Shown: positions 19,696 to 29,707, counted from the first letter of the stretch. The stretch is 64,000 bases of DNA from Longimicrobiales bacterium (GCA_965219445.1 CBDCNQ010000005.1:320001-384000); one strand, 5' to 3'. The notes: generated by a model not told the origin, from the sequence alone. Made by a program: numbers and translations.

Positions 19696-21765
19696 ATGCG
19701 AAGCCCCCTATGGTTCCTGAATCCTTCCAAGCTCCCATACCTCTTGGCAATGGTGTTCTCGATTGCGCTGGTCAGCTCGATCCCGATCTCCGCCCAGCAG
19801 CCGGGGACACCGTACGGGGAGTGGCACTATCAGAGCGGGGACGCGTCGGGTACGAGGTACTCGCCGCTGAACCAGATCCACGCGGGCAACTTCGAGGACC
19901 TCGAGGCGGCGTGGACTTTCCGTGGGGGCAATTACGGAGAGACGCCGACGCCGCAGTCCCGGTCGACACCAACCTATATCGACGGAATCCTTTACACGGT
20001 GGCGGGCGAGCGGCGCACGGTGGTCGCGATGGATCCGGCGACGGGGGAGATCCTGTGGACCTTCCGCGAGCCGCATACACGGCGGTGGGAGCGGTCGATG
20101 CGGAGGAATTACGGGAAAGGAGTTTCGTACGGGGAGCTGGACGGCCGGGGGGTGATCTACATTCAGACTCCGGCGCTGTTCCTGTGGGCGCTGGACGCGA
20201 AGACGGGGCTTCCCCTGGAGAACTGGGGGACGCCCGTGGATCTTCCGGGCTTCGAGACGGGTGTGATCGACCTCATCCCCGACATCGCGAGAGGGCAGAT
20301 CCCATGGGAGGAGTGGCTGCGGGGAGGGAACACCTTCGATCCCGACCAAGGGACTCCGCGGGAGATCGGATACGTGACGAGCTCGTCGCCCCCGATCTTC
20401 GTGAACGGTGTGGTGGTGGTGGGGAGCAGCGCGGAGCAGGGCTACAACCAGACCCGCGTTGAGAACCTGGCCAACGACATCGTGGCGTACGACGCCCGGT
20501 CGGGCGAGCACCTCTGGAAGTTCCACGTGATCCCGAGGCCGGGGCAGGTGGGCCACGAGACGTGGGAGAACGAGGCTTGGATGTGGACGGGAGACATCTC
20601 CTCCTGGGCACCGATGACGGCGGACCTGGAGCGGGGGATCGTCTACATCCCGACGAACCCTCCCACGATCGATTACTTTGGCGGTTTCCGGCCGGGTTGC
20701 AACCTCTTCTCCATGAGCGTGATCGCCCTGGACGTGCAGACGGGCGAGCGGGTTTGGCACTACCAGACCGTCTGCAACGATCAGTGGAACTACGATCTCC
20801 CGCACCCCCCGATCCTGGCGGATTTGACGGTGGACGGGCGGGAAATCCCGGCGGTGATCCAGATCCCGAAGAACGGGCTCATCTTCACTCTGAACCGGGT
20901 GACGGGGGAGCCGGTTTGGCCGATTGTGGACGTGCCGCAGCCCCAGACGCAGGTTCCGGGGAACTGGACGTCGCCGACGCAGCCGATCCCGACGCGGCCG
21001 GAGCCGTTGGACCTCCTCGCGCGGGACGGGCTGACTGAAGAGCACCTCATCGACTTCACGCCCGAGCTCAAGGAGGAAGCGCTCGAGATCCTGAGCCAGT
21101 ACCGGGTGGGTGGCCCCTACATGCCGCGGCTCCAGATAGACCACGGCCTGGACATCATTGGGGCCATCGGTTGCTCAGGCGGGCTGAACATCACCAATCC
21201 CCCCATCTTCGACCCGACCACGAACGTCATGTACGCATCGCACGGGCCGGCATGCCCTAACAGGGCCAGCGCGTTTCTGAGGCCCGGCTGGGAGTTGGAC
21301 ACCCCCGATGATCCGGCGACGACGGGTGTGACGATCTCGGACTGGGTGAATGGTCCAAGCATGGTCCTGCGGGGGCCGCGGGGGCTACCGATCTTCAAGC
21401 CGCCGTACAACCTGCTGTCCGCCTATGACATGAACGCGGGCGAGCGGCTCTGGTCGGTGCCGATCGGAGAGACAGCGGAGAACGTCAGGAACCACCCGGC
21501 GCTCGAGGGCGTGGATACCTCGGCGTTCGGAGGCGGCGCCAAATCGATCCAGATGGTGATGGGCGACCTTATCCTCACCACTGGGTACGCCCCGGTTCTC
21601 CACGCCCGCGACAAGCGGACGGGCGAGATCCTGGGTGAGGTGGAACTTCCGGTGCGCGGACAGTACGGGATGATGAGCTACATGCACGAAGGGAGGCAGT
21701 ACATCGTCGTGCAGATCGGAGGGGCCGAGTACCCCGGCTCCCTGGTGGCGCTCAGGCTACCGTGA
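19696..21765 (+). CDS. PQQ-dependent dehydrogenase (glucose/quinate dehydrogenase-like), exported
   Basis: Signal peptide; GTRYSPLNQI, VVAMDPATGEILW, WNYDLPHPP, TGEPVWPI, GRQYIVV. Confidence 0.9.
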   Translation: MRSPLWFLNPSKLPYLLAMVFSIALVSSIPISAQQPGTPYGEWHYQSGDASGTRYSPLNQIHAGNFEDLEAAWTFRGGNYGETPTPQSRSTPTYIDGILYTVAGERRTVVAMDPATGEILWTFREPHTRRWERSMRRNYGKGVSYGELDGRGVIYIQTPALFLWALDAKTGLPLENWGTPVDLPGFETGVIDLIPDIARGQIPWEEWLRGGNTFDPDQGTPREIGYVTSSSPPIFVNGVVVVGSSAEQGYNQTRVENLANDIVAYDARSGEHLWKFHVIPRPGQVGHETWENEAWMWTGDISSWAPMTADLERGIVYIPTNPPTIDYFGGFRPGCNLFSMSVIALDVQTGERVWHYQTVCNDQWNYDLPHPPILADLTVDGREIPAVIQIPKNGLIFTLNRVTGEPVWPIVDVPQPQTQVPGNWTSPTQPIPTRPEPLDLLARDGLTEEHLIDFTPELKEEALEILSQYRVGGPYMPRLQIDHGLDIIGAIGCSGGLNITNPPIFDPTTNVMYASHGPACPNRASAFLRPGWELDTPDDPATTGVTISDWVNGPSMVLRGPRGLPIFKPPYNLLSAYDMNAGERLWSVPIGETAENVRNHPALEGVDTSAFGGGAKSIQMVMGDLILTTGYAPVLHARDKRTGEILGEVELPVRGQYGMMSYMHEGRQYIVVQIGGAEYPGSLVALRLP

Positions 21766-21892
21766 GCACCGGAAGAGGAGGCTTCGGGCTCCATGGCTTG
21801 GCGTCTCCGTGGAAGGCGTGGTGATCGTCGGGTCGGTCCACAATTAGGAGGACCCGCTCGCGGTTTGCGGGTCCGGGGCGCATGGTGAGCGC

Positions 21893-22111
21893 ATGAGCGA
21901 CCTCGACCCAGTCACGCGTCTGAACGCCGCCCTGGAGGGCCGCTTCGCCTCGGCGGAGGGGTTCGCCGATTCGAACGTCTCCCAACAATTCGACCCCTCA
22001 CCCGACGATCAGCGTCTCCTCGCGATCCGCATCAGTACCGCTGGCACGCAAGTTCGAGACGTCATCATCCAGAACTTCTTCGAGGAGTTGAGGGAAGTGG
22101 TACCGGAGTGA
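21893..22111 (+). pseudogene. Internally collapsed kinase gene (72 aa: N-terminus + end of kinase domain + C-terminal tail)
   Basis: MSDLDPVTRLNAALEGR / FASAEGFAD / ...FDPSPDDQRLL...IIQNFFEELREVVPE*. Confidence 0.9.
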
Positions 22112-22164
22112 ACGACGATTCCATCAGCCGCCTGAACGCCGCCCTCTGAACGCCGCACTTCAAG
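22108..22164 (+). repeat. Kinase 5' stub VNDDSISRLNAAL* with tandem duplication of CTGAACGCCGC
   Basis: GTG overlaps the preceding stop (GTGA); CTGAACGCCGC at 22132 and 22146, the second reading LNAALQ. Confidence 0.75.
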
Positions 22165-22179
22165 CTTTGGGCCGCCGCC

Positions 22180-22800
22180 TCAGGGCCTCCAGAGCGTGTG
22201 AATCGCATAACCCAAGTCGAGGGGCTCTCCGTTCCAACGCGGGGTGGTGGTCTCAGGACCCACGTCGATCCCCAGTCTGCCGTGCTTGGACTCCAGGGCG
22301 GCCACCGGGTCGGCGGGGAGGTGCGACGCCGGCGGCGCATCGGGGAAGAGCCGTCCGTCGGGCCAGTAGAAGAGGACATTTCCGCGGGCATCCCCGCCCT
22401 CACCCCTGTCTCTTCCTCCTCCCGGGTCCCGCACGATCTCGACCCTGAACCCCTCTTCGTGCACTGCCCGGTGATGGCGCCGACAGAGCAGGACGAGGTT
22501 GTCGAGCCGGGTCTCTCCGCCATCCGCCCAGTGCTTGATGTGATGCGCGTCACAGAAGCGCAGCCCGCAGCCTGGGAAGCGACAGCCTCCGTCCCTATGG
22601 TCGAGCGCTCTGGGGATGGCGGGGGGTACGGTCCTGGTCTTTCTGCCCACATTGAGCACCGAGCGGTCCGAACCGTGCGTTATGATCACGCGACTCGCGT
22701 CACAAGCGATGCGCCTCGACGTTCCCGCGGGAACGCGTACGCCGTCCTCTAGCATGGCACCGCCCAACGTTGGCGGTGACGACGAGGGCGACTCCGGCGA
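22180..22800 (-). pseudogene. Truncated second copy of the DUF222-HNH gene (HNH half only)
   Basis: Closely matches about 595-1255, including an identical RDGGCRFPGCGLRFCDAHHIKHWADGGETRLDNLVLLCRRHH; DUF222 half absent. Confidence 0.9.
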
Positions 22801-22811
22801 CGATATCGGAT

Positions 22812-22871
22812 TCGGACCCTGTCACCCGTTCGCAGGCAGTGGAGCCGTACCAATGACCGACGCCACAGTGG
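22812..22871 (+). repeat. Copy of the kinase 1 leader and first codons (MTDATV)
   Basis: 58/60 nt identical to 2542-2601 by eye. Confidence 0.9.
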
Positions 22872-23004
22872 CAACGGGAATCGCTAATGAACTGGGATAC
22901 CATCGTTGACATCCGGGGGAGCAAATCGAGTATTGAAGAGGGTCATATAGTTCAGCCAATCAACACGCCTCGCCTCGGGGGCGGGTTCGAGAGAGAACCC
23001 GGAG

Positions 23005-23415
23005 GTGGTAGTCATGTCCCTGTCTCGTATCTTCTCTTCCGTCGTGGTGTGCCTGTCTCTCAGTGCGTGTACGACCGTCTTGGCGGCCCCCTCTTCCGGG
23101 TCCCGCCCCGTTGCCCGCAGTACGGCGAGGGCACTCGGCATTCCGCCGGGTCATCTGCCGCCACCGGGTGAGTGCCGAGTCTGGATTCCAGGGAGGCCCC
23201 CGGGCAGGCAGGCAAGGCCCCGAAGCTGTGATGGCATCATGGCCGTGGCTCCGGGCGGCTCGTGGGTGCTGTACCGCCCCGGACGAAGCCGCAAGGAGGT
23301 TGGCGTCCGCCACATACATTCGGACCGGGCGGGCGTGGTGGTCCAAGTCCGTATCTTCCAAGCGGATACCGGAGAGTTCCTTCGCGAGGAGCGACCCGGA
23401 CGAAGCCACCGCTGA
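23005..23415 (+). CDS. Pro-rich putative lipoprotein
   Basis: Lipobox LSAC; IPPGHLPPPGECRVWIPGRPPGRQ motif; GGAGG upstream (true start may be 23014). Confidence 0.8.
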   Translation: MVVMSLSRIFSSVVVCLSLSACTTVLAAPSSGSRPVARSTARALGIPPGHLPPPGECRVWIPGRPPGRQARPRSCDGIMAVAPGGSWVLYRPGRSRKEVGVRHIHSDRAGVVVQVRIFQADTGEFLREERPGRSHR

Positions 23416-23497
23416 CGTAACACGCGGCCTAGTCTCGATACCGAATCAACACCGAATCGCTTAGAAGGCGATTCTGTGGCGTCTGACGGGTTTCTGC

Positions 23498-23665
23498 TTG
23501 CGCCTACCGGCCCACTCTCGGATGTTGAGCGCAGTCTGAACTCGGAGTGCGCTCATGTCCGATCCCGTCGCCCGTCTCAACGCGGCCCTCGAAGGCCGCT
23601 ACGCCATCGAGCGTGAACTTGGCGAGGGCGGCATTCAGAATCCAGTAAGCCTCCCAAGGAGTTAG
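23498..23665 (+). repeat. Kinase 5' stub with promoter element: TTGCGC-N17-GATGTT, then MSDPVARLNAALEGRYAIERELGEGG-IQNPVSLPRS* (23555-23665)
   Basis: 26 codons match the kinase start, then switch abruptly to the leader of the next gene. Confidence 0.92.
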
Positions 23666-23669
23666 TGAA

Positions 23670-24221
23670 ATGCGCCTCAAGCTTCCAGTTCTCATCGTAA
23701 CGCTCCTCCTCCCCCATCCCGTGGTGACCGAGGCACAGCAGCGTCCCGATGCGGCAACCGATATCTACGCGGAGCAGATCCAGTCCGTGTTGGAGAACAT
23801 GATCGGTGTGACGATCGACCGTCAGCTCAAGGTGGCGGATATCGGGGGCGATGTGAACGTGGCGGTGGGAATCTTGCACCGAACCGGAGAACATGACACC
23901 GACGGGGCTCACAGAGGGCTCATCCACGCCTACATCACCGAGGTCTACATCGTGCTCTCGGGGGGTGGGACCCTGTTGACGGGCGGTGAGCTCTTCAACG
24001 AGGGCGAGTTATCCGAGGGCAGCATAGCCATCGGACCCAGCTTCAATGCGGAGTCGAGAGGCGGAGTCGTACGTGAGATCGAGGAGGGCGACATCGTCAC
24101 CATCCCCGCCGGCTTGATGCACGCTTGGACCTCGATCCCCGACCACGTCACGTACCTGAGCGTGCGGGTCGATCCGGATCAAGTCCTACCGGCGGGTTAC
24201 GTGAATCCAGAGATCAACTAA
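23670..24221 (+). CDS. Secreted cupin-domain protein
   Basis: Signal peptide; LIHAYITEVYIVLSGGGTLLTGG, GDIVTIPAGLMHAW. Confidence 0.85.
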   Translation: MRLKLPVLIVTLLLPHPVVTEAQQRPDAATDIYAEQIQSVLENMIGVTIDRQLKVADIGGDVNVAVGILHRTGEHDTDGAHRGLIHAYITEVYIVLSGGGTLLTGGELFNEGELSEGSIAIGPSFNAESRGGVVREIEEGDIVTIPAGLMHAWTSIPDHVTYLSVRVDPDQVLPAGYVNPEIN

Positions 24222-24249
24222 GATGCCGTTCTAGGATCTGTCCCGTCCA

Positions 24250-25212
24250 TTGAGCTGGATGTTCGGCATGCCGGGCCGGTCCTTTCACGGCCCTTTACCG
24301 GAACTGACCGAGAACGAGATCGAGCTGCGAGGCCGGCTCGAGTCCCATGTCCGGGCTCTCGCGGGCGACATCGGAGAGCGAAACGTGCTGGCGCCGAACG
24401 CTCTGGCAAGGGCGGAGGAGTACATCCGCCGCGCGTTCGATGCATCCGGATACGCTGTAGCCGAGCAGACCTACGACATCCCTCTCGATCCTTCTCAGAC
24501 CGTCCGCAATATCGAGGTGGAGGTCTCCGGGACCGCCACACCCGATGATATTGTGATCGTTGGCGCACACTACGACACGGTGCCCGGTTGTGCCGGTGCC
24601 AACGACAACACGACCGGAGTGGCCGGCGTCCTTGAACTGGCCCGGCTGCTGTCCGCTCGGACCACGGACCGGACAGTCCGGCTCGTGGCCTTCGTGAACG
24701 AAGAACCTCCCTTCTTCCGAACGGACCTGATGGGGAGTCGCGTGTACGCAAGAAGGTGCAGGGAGCGTGACGAGAACGTCGCAGCGATGCTCTCCCTGGA
24801 GACGATCGGCTTCTATGCGGACGAACCGGGAAGCCAGAAATACCCGTTCCCGTTCAGCTTCTTCTATCCGGACACAGGCGACTTCGTCGGGTTCGTCGGG
24901 AACCTGTGGTCACGCAGCCTGACCCGCCGAGCCATTCGCGCGTTCCGTGAGTCGACGGAGTTTCCTTCGGAAGGCCTAGCCGCCCCGGCCTGGATTCCCG
25001 GGATCGGCTGGTCCGACCAGTGGTCCTTCTGGCAGGAGGGATACCCGGGCGTCATGATCACCGATACCGCGCCCTTCCGGTACCCGCACTACCACACGCC
25101 TCAGGACACGCCGGACCGGATCGACTATGACCGATTTGCACGGGTCGTCATGGGCGTCTCCCGCGTCGTGGAGGTCCTCGCCCAAGCGCAGAACGGGGGG
25201 AAGTCGCGCTAG
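24250..25212 (+). CDS. M28 family peptidase (5' end uncertain, possibly truncated)
   Basis: VGAHYD, GANDNTTG, NEEPPF, SLETIG, SDQWSF, YHT. Confidence 0.88.
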   Translation: MSWMFGMPGRSFHGPLPELTENEIELRGRLESHVRALAGDIGERNVLAPNALARAEEYIRRAFDASGYAVAEQTYDIPLDPSQTVRNIEVEVSGTATPDDIVIVGAHYDTVPGCAGANDNTTGVAGVLELARLLSARTTDRTVRLVAFVNEEPPFFRTDLMGSRVYARRCRERDENVAAMLSLETIGFYADEPGSQKYPFPFSFFYPDTGDFVGFVGNLWSRSLTRRAIRAFRESTEFPSEGLAAPAWIPGIGWSDQWSFWQEGYPGVMITDTAPFRYPHYHTPQDTPDRIDYDRFARVVMGVSRVVEVLAQAQNGGKSR

Positions 25213-25275
25213 TTTAGCCGGCGATGTGGATCACCACCGTCGATCTTCCCCAATGGATTAATCGAGTTGTCATAG

Positions 25276-25545
25276 CTACCGCTGATTGGCCCGGATCCAG
25301 CGACGCCGATCAAGGGCGTCCCTACGCGCCTTTGCTCTTCGACGATGGTTCACTTGATCCCGCCTGGTCTCAATGGCGTCCCTACGCGCCTGCGCCCTTC
25401 GTCGATCGTTCACCTGATCCCGCCTGGTCTGAACGGCTTCCCTACGCGCCTGCGCGGCACGCCGATCGGGGTGGACCTGTGCCTGCAAATCGGACGTACC
25501 GAGGATTAGGAAAGCTCCCAACCCGAGAATCGTCATGCGAAGCAT
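25276..25545 (-). CDS. Small secreted Arg-rich protein with 20-aa repeats
   Basis: GAGGAG RBS, signal peptide, RRAQARRxAxxTRRDQVN repeats from a 60-bp tandem repeat at about 25310-25455. Confidence 0.6.
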   Translation of the reverse strand: MLRMTILGLGAFLILGTSDLQAQVHPDRRAAQARREAVQTRRDQVNDRRRAQARRDAIETRRDQVNHRRRAKARRDALDRRRWIRANQR

Positions 25546-25724
25546 CTGAAGCTCCTCAATGAGGGTTCCTGCCTGGGACGATTTCCCAAGCTTGCCCTCA
25601 AGACGAGTCAATCGGCGAAAGGTCACACCTAGTCGCTGGCGGCTGCGCCCCCGTCCGACCCCACGGGGGACCACCGACGATCGCGTTGACTGCCGCCTCC
25701 CGGTATGATAGGCACACCATGCGA

Positions 25725-25928
25725 TCGATGCCCCTTGCTCTTGCTGCCGTGTGTACCGCCCCCCGCGTCGACGCGCTCGTGCATCAGATCCTCGAGGCGT
25801 GCCTCGAGAGGAACATCCCGTGTGGCTATCCGATCGTGGCGCGCACGCCCGAAGACGCCGAGCGCGAGACGGCACGACGGCTTCGCGAAGGCTTTACGGT
25901 CCTGGCGGTCATGACCACCGCGCGATAG
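25725..25928 (+). pseudogene. C-terminal fragment of an HpcH/HpaI aldolase-like gene
   Basis: VDALVHQILEACLERNIPCGYP...RRLREGF resembles the last barrel elements of this family. Confidence 0.5.
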
Positions 25929-25958
25929 GCGATAGCTCGATAGGCGATAGAAGGAGGA

Positions 25959-26947
25959 ATGGAATTGAAAAACATCACAAGAGGGCAGCTGATCGGCGGT
26001 GCGATACTTGCCTTCGCCGCGTTCAGGCTCACGGCAGCCGCGCCCGAAGGCGTCTCCCAAGCGGAGTTTGTCGCTCTCGAGGCAGACAAGAAGGTGCTTC
26101 AGCAGCAGCTCGCGACCATGGGCCCCTCCACGGTGGTCCAGGCGGGCCAGCTTTACCCAGTGCAGGAAGCGCCGCAAGCGGCGGGATGGGACACGGAAGA
26201 GTCCAGGAGGGGCGGTCTCCGGCTCTTCGCTACATACGACTCGAGTGGACCAGACGCGTGGGATGTGGCCGCTCACCCCATGGTGTACTTCACCAGCGAG
26301 GGCAGGGGTTACGACCACCGCCCCTCGGAAAGCAACGAGCTCCCAGGCGTGCAGGTTCTGGACGCCTACACGAAGGAGGTCCCATCGATCACGCGATCCT
26401 CCACCCGGACCCGGACGTGAACGAGCTCTGGGTGAGCAGCGCCGGGACTTGGGAGACCATCGTCATCGACCTCAGCACATACCAGGTGAAGGCCCGCATC
26501 CCCTCACCCAACGGTGGAGACACCCACTCAGGCGCGTTCGTCCGGTACACCAGCCCGAACTTCCAGGGGGAACTACTGGCTGACATGGGAGGCTTCAAGT
26601 CTCAAACACTGAGGGACTTACAGCTAGGAATGATCAGGGCGCTCGATACGACGACCGGAGGAGCCGCCCCGGGGCCGGCGATGCCTCCTGCGCCCGAGGA
26701 CATTCTCGCACAGGGACGACTCCTTTTCGAGGCGGGCGCAGGGGGGGTGGGCTGTGCGTACTGTCACGGGCTGGATGGCAGAGGAGAGGGAACCTCAGGG
26801 TCGGGAGCCGTCCCGATCCTCGGGATGGGGGAGTCCCAGATTCGCTCCGCGCTCATGGACGTCTCCGCGATGACCTTCATGGAGCTGACGGACGCCGAGA
26901 TCAGCGCAGTAGTCGCGTATGTCGAATACCTCAGCGAGCAGCGATAG
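25959..26947 (+). pseudogene. Beta-propeller/cytochrome c protein broken by a deletion or frameshift near 26380
   Basis: AGGAGG + MELKN start; reading continues in another frame as DHAILHPDPDVNELWVSS...DTHSGAFVRY...CAYCH. Confidence 0.65.
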
Positions 26948-26951
26948 GGCG

Positions 26952-28937
26952 ATGAGGAAAGACCTGATACTGACGTTGGCCGCGCTCGGTCCTTTCGCTC
27001 TCTTCGGGGGTGAGGTATGGGCTGAGCGCGCACCACGTGGACCGCCGGGGTACGCGCACCCCGGCCTCCAGGGTCGGGCGCCGCAGGTCCACGCCGCGGC
27101 CGATGACGAGGCACCTGGTGCGTCCACTGACGGGGCAGTTCACTACCTCACTATCAACGTGGACATAACGGACTCCGGCATCGAGCCTGCCTCCGTGTTC
27201 ATCCCCATGGGACAGCGAGTGCAGCTCGTGCTCAGGAATCGAGGGACTCTGGAGCACCACTACAGGGTTGTGGGTCTAGTGCCCGGGGAGCTCCGTTGGG
27301 CCTCTGGACCCAACGAGGTCGCGCAAGGTGCCGTTTCGGATGAGGGCGATCACTCCCACCATGCCGCCGACTTCACGGCATGGAGGGCCACGTCCCCCGC
27401 AGGAATAGGGCTCACCGGTGACGAGGTCCATGCCTACGCTCCGCCGGGGAGTGGGATGGACGTCGTCCACTTCACTGCGACGAATGCCGGGACCTTCGTG
27501 GTCCAGTGCCCGGGGCACGGAAAGACGCTCGGGAAGGTTACGGTATTCGACAGCTCGGGTGAGGCGCCCACGCCCGACTCCGCGACTGGAGCTGGGCCTC
27601 AGGCCCACGCCCTGACCAGAAGCCTCGGCGTCCTGGACTACCCGACCGTTTCGGGTGTGAAGGCGGAGGCCATATACGCTACTCCGGAGTACGTGAGGCA
27701 GGCGTTCGGGCCGGCCGGAGTCCACGAGTTGGAGCCCGACCGGTATCTGACAATCCTGATGACGGAACGTCTCCACATTGGCGAGCTGCCGGCCGATGTG
27801 GCGCCTCCCGAGCTGCAGATCAGCGATAGGCCCTTGCCCCTCGTGGACCGACGGATCATTGCCGACTCTCCCCACCACCGGGTGACCGCATACCGATTCA
27901 CTCGTAAGGCAGGTCCAGCACAGGGCCACCAGGTGATGTCCTTCAGCCTCGCCTCAGGACAGCGGGCCATTTGGCACCTCCCCATACTCGGGTTGGATGG
28001 TGGGGCCGCGGCCGCGGCCGGGGCGCGCCTTGGGCTCGGCGGCCAGTGGGGATTAATCCTGGCTCTCCTGGGCGGGATGCTTGCCGCCATGTGGCCCTGT
28101 CTATTCCAGCTCACCGTCTACTTCATTCCGGCGCTGGCCGGCGTGGCCACGCAGGATGGCGGCGGTCCCACGACCTTGGGGCACAGGTCACGAGTGCTGC
28201 GCGCGGCCTCCTTCTTCATCCTTGGCTTCACCGTGGTCTATACGATGGCCGGAGCCATCATAGGCTTCGGGGCGCAGCAGTTTGGCGATACTGCCGGGTT
28301 CGAGGTATGGCAGCGGTACCTTGGCATTGGCGCCGGTGCCATCGTCATCGTCCTCGCGCTTCGGATCGCCGCCAGGATGCGGGCACCGCTCGTCTGCAGG
28401 ATGCCAGTGCTGTCCGGAATGGCCCGGGCCGACAAGCCCGCGAATCCTATGGAGATGATGTTGGCCGGACTGGCGTTCGCCACGGGATGCATGACTTGTT
28501 TCGGGTCCGCGCTTGTGGTGGCCATGGTGGTTTACGTGGGAATGGGCCAGTCGGCCCTCTATGGAGCCCTGGTACTCTTCATCTTCTCGCTGGGCATGGC
28601 CGTTCCCCTGGTAATTGCGGCCATAGCCATGGCCCGGGTGCTCCCGCTCCTGTTCAGGCTGGAAAGGCTGGTTCCCTGGATGGGACTGGTCAGCGCTATT
28701 GTGATGATGAGCTTTGGTGCGCTCCTGATGACCGGCAATTACATGGTCATCTCGGAGTGGACGCAGCGCTTGGTCGCAGGCTCGGCATCCCTGACCGGCG
28801 TGACCGATGCCTACATTCCGCTTGGTGCCATCGTTGGGACCATGGCTCTCGTCGGAGCGCTGGGTTGGCTCGGCTGGGAAGGAAGAAGGGAAGCTGCCGA
28901 TGAACGCGTCTCCGGCACCGGTGGTGTCGACGGCTAG
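26952..28937 (+). CDS. Cupredoxin-like domain fused to a CcdA/DsbD-like transmembrane domain
   Basis: GQRVQLVLRNRGTLEHHY, GTFVVQCPGH; TM region with WPCLFQL and GCMTCFG cysteines. Confidence 0.75.
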   Translation: MRKDLILTLAALGPFALFGGEVWAERAPRGPPGYAHPGLQGRAPQVHAAADDEAPGASTDGAVHYLTINVDITDSGIEPASVFIPMGQRVQLVLRNRGTLEHHYRVVGLVPGELRWASGPNEVAQGAVSDEGDHSHHAADFTAWRATSPAGIGLTGDEVHAYAPPGSGMDVVHFTATNAGTFVVQCPGHGKTLGKVTVFDSSGEAPTPDSATGAGPQAHALTRSLGVLDYPTVSGVKAEAIYATPEYVRQAFGPAGVHELEPDRYLTILMTERLHIGELPADVAPPELQISDRPLPLVDRRIIADSPHHRVTAYRFTRKAGPAQGHQVMSFSLASGQRAIWHLPILGLDGGAAAAAGARLGLGGQWGLILALLGGMLAAMWPCLFQLTVYFIPALAGVATQDGGGPTTLGHRSRVLRAASFFILGFTVVYTMAGAIIGFGAQQFGDTAGFEVWQRYLGIGAGAIVIVLALRIAARMRAPLVCRMPVLSGMARADKPANPMEMMLAGLAFATGCMTCFGSALVVAMVVYVGMGQSALYGALVLFIFSLGMAVPLVIAAIAMARVLPLLFRLERLVPWMGLVSAIVMMSFGALLMTGNYMVISEWTQRLVAGSASLTGVTDAYIPLGAIVGTMALVGALGWLGWEGRREAADERVSGTGGVDG

Positions 28938-29707
28938 ATTTTCCGCCAGCTTTGCGTTGGGGACTTCTGTGGTCGCCAGCCGTAATAGGGATGCCGCGCC
29001 AATAGACGGGGGTTGCGGAAGGGGGCGATCAGGATCGCGCCCGCGGCAAAACCCCCGATGTGCGCCCAAAAAGCGACGCCGCCGCCCTGCGCACCCAATG
29101 TGCCCAGCCCGCTCAAGAACTGCACCAAGAACCAATAGCCGAGCATCAGTGCCGCAGGAACGGCAATCGTAGTGATGTAGAATCCGATGAAGATGAGCAT
29201 GTGCACGTGTACCCTCGGATACAGAAGCACGTATGCGCCCATCACACCGCCAATCGCCCCTGAGGCCCCGACCATCGGTACGGCCGATTCGGGATTCGTG
29301 GCGATCTGGAGGCCCGCCGCGGCCAAGCCGCACAGCAGGTAGAACCCGACGAAGCGAAGGTGCCCCATCGCGTCCTCCACGTTGTTACCGAAGATCCAGA
29401 GGAACCACATGTTACCGATGAGATGGAACCAGCCTCCGTGCAAAAACATCGACGTGATCGCCGTCGGCCAGGTCGAAGTGTCGCCCGTGACGCAGGCCAC
29501 GCCCGGCCCGACGGGGAACTGAGTGCCTGCCGGAACCGTCTGCAGCAACTCCCCTGGAATGAGGCCAAGACGACAAACCGACGTGAAGAGCGCTGGCTCC
29601 ATGCCCGCACCCTGCAAGTAGAACCAGGCCAACGCGTTGCAGGCCACAATAGCGTACGTGGTATACGGCCGCAGAATCTGTGGATTGTCGTCTCGTATCG
29701 GGAACAT
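28934..29707 (-). CDS. Rhomboid family intramembrane serine protease
   Basis: SMFLHGGWFHLIGNMWFL, VGASGAI, AFWAHIGGF. Confidence 0.95.
   Translation of the reverse strand: MFPIRDDNPQILRPYTTYAIVACNALAWFYLQGAGMEPALFTSVCRLGLIPGELLQTVPAGTQFPVGPGVACVTGDTSTWPTAITSMFLHGGWFHLIGNMWFLWIFGNNVEDAMGHLRFVGFYLLCGLAAAGLQIATNPESAVPMVGASGAIGGVMGAYVLLYPRVHVHMLIFIGFYITTIAVPAALMLGYWFLVQFLSGLGTLGAQGGGVAFWAHIGGFAAGAILIAPFRNPRLLARHPYYGWRPQKSPTQSWRKI

Noticed and set aside
19708..21144. Long antisense or alternative-frame ORFs (also 55426-57099, 45999-47222, 52221-53258, 28188-29333)
   Set aside because: These are shadows of high-GC genes on the other strand or frame with no recognisable motifs
25310..25455. 60-bp periodic repeat as a CRISPR array
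   Set aside because: Units are contiguous with no unique spacers, are in frame within an ORF, and no cas genes are present
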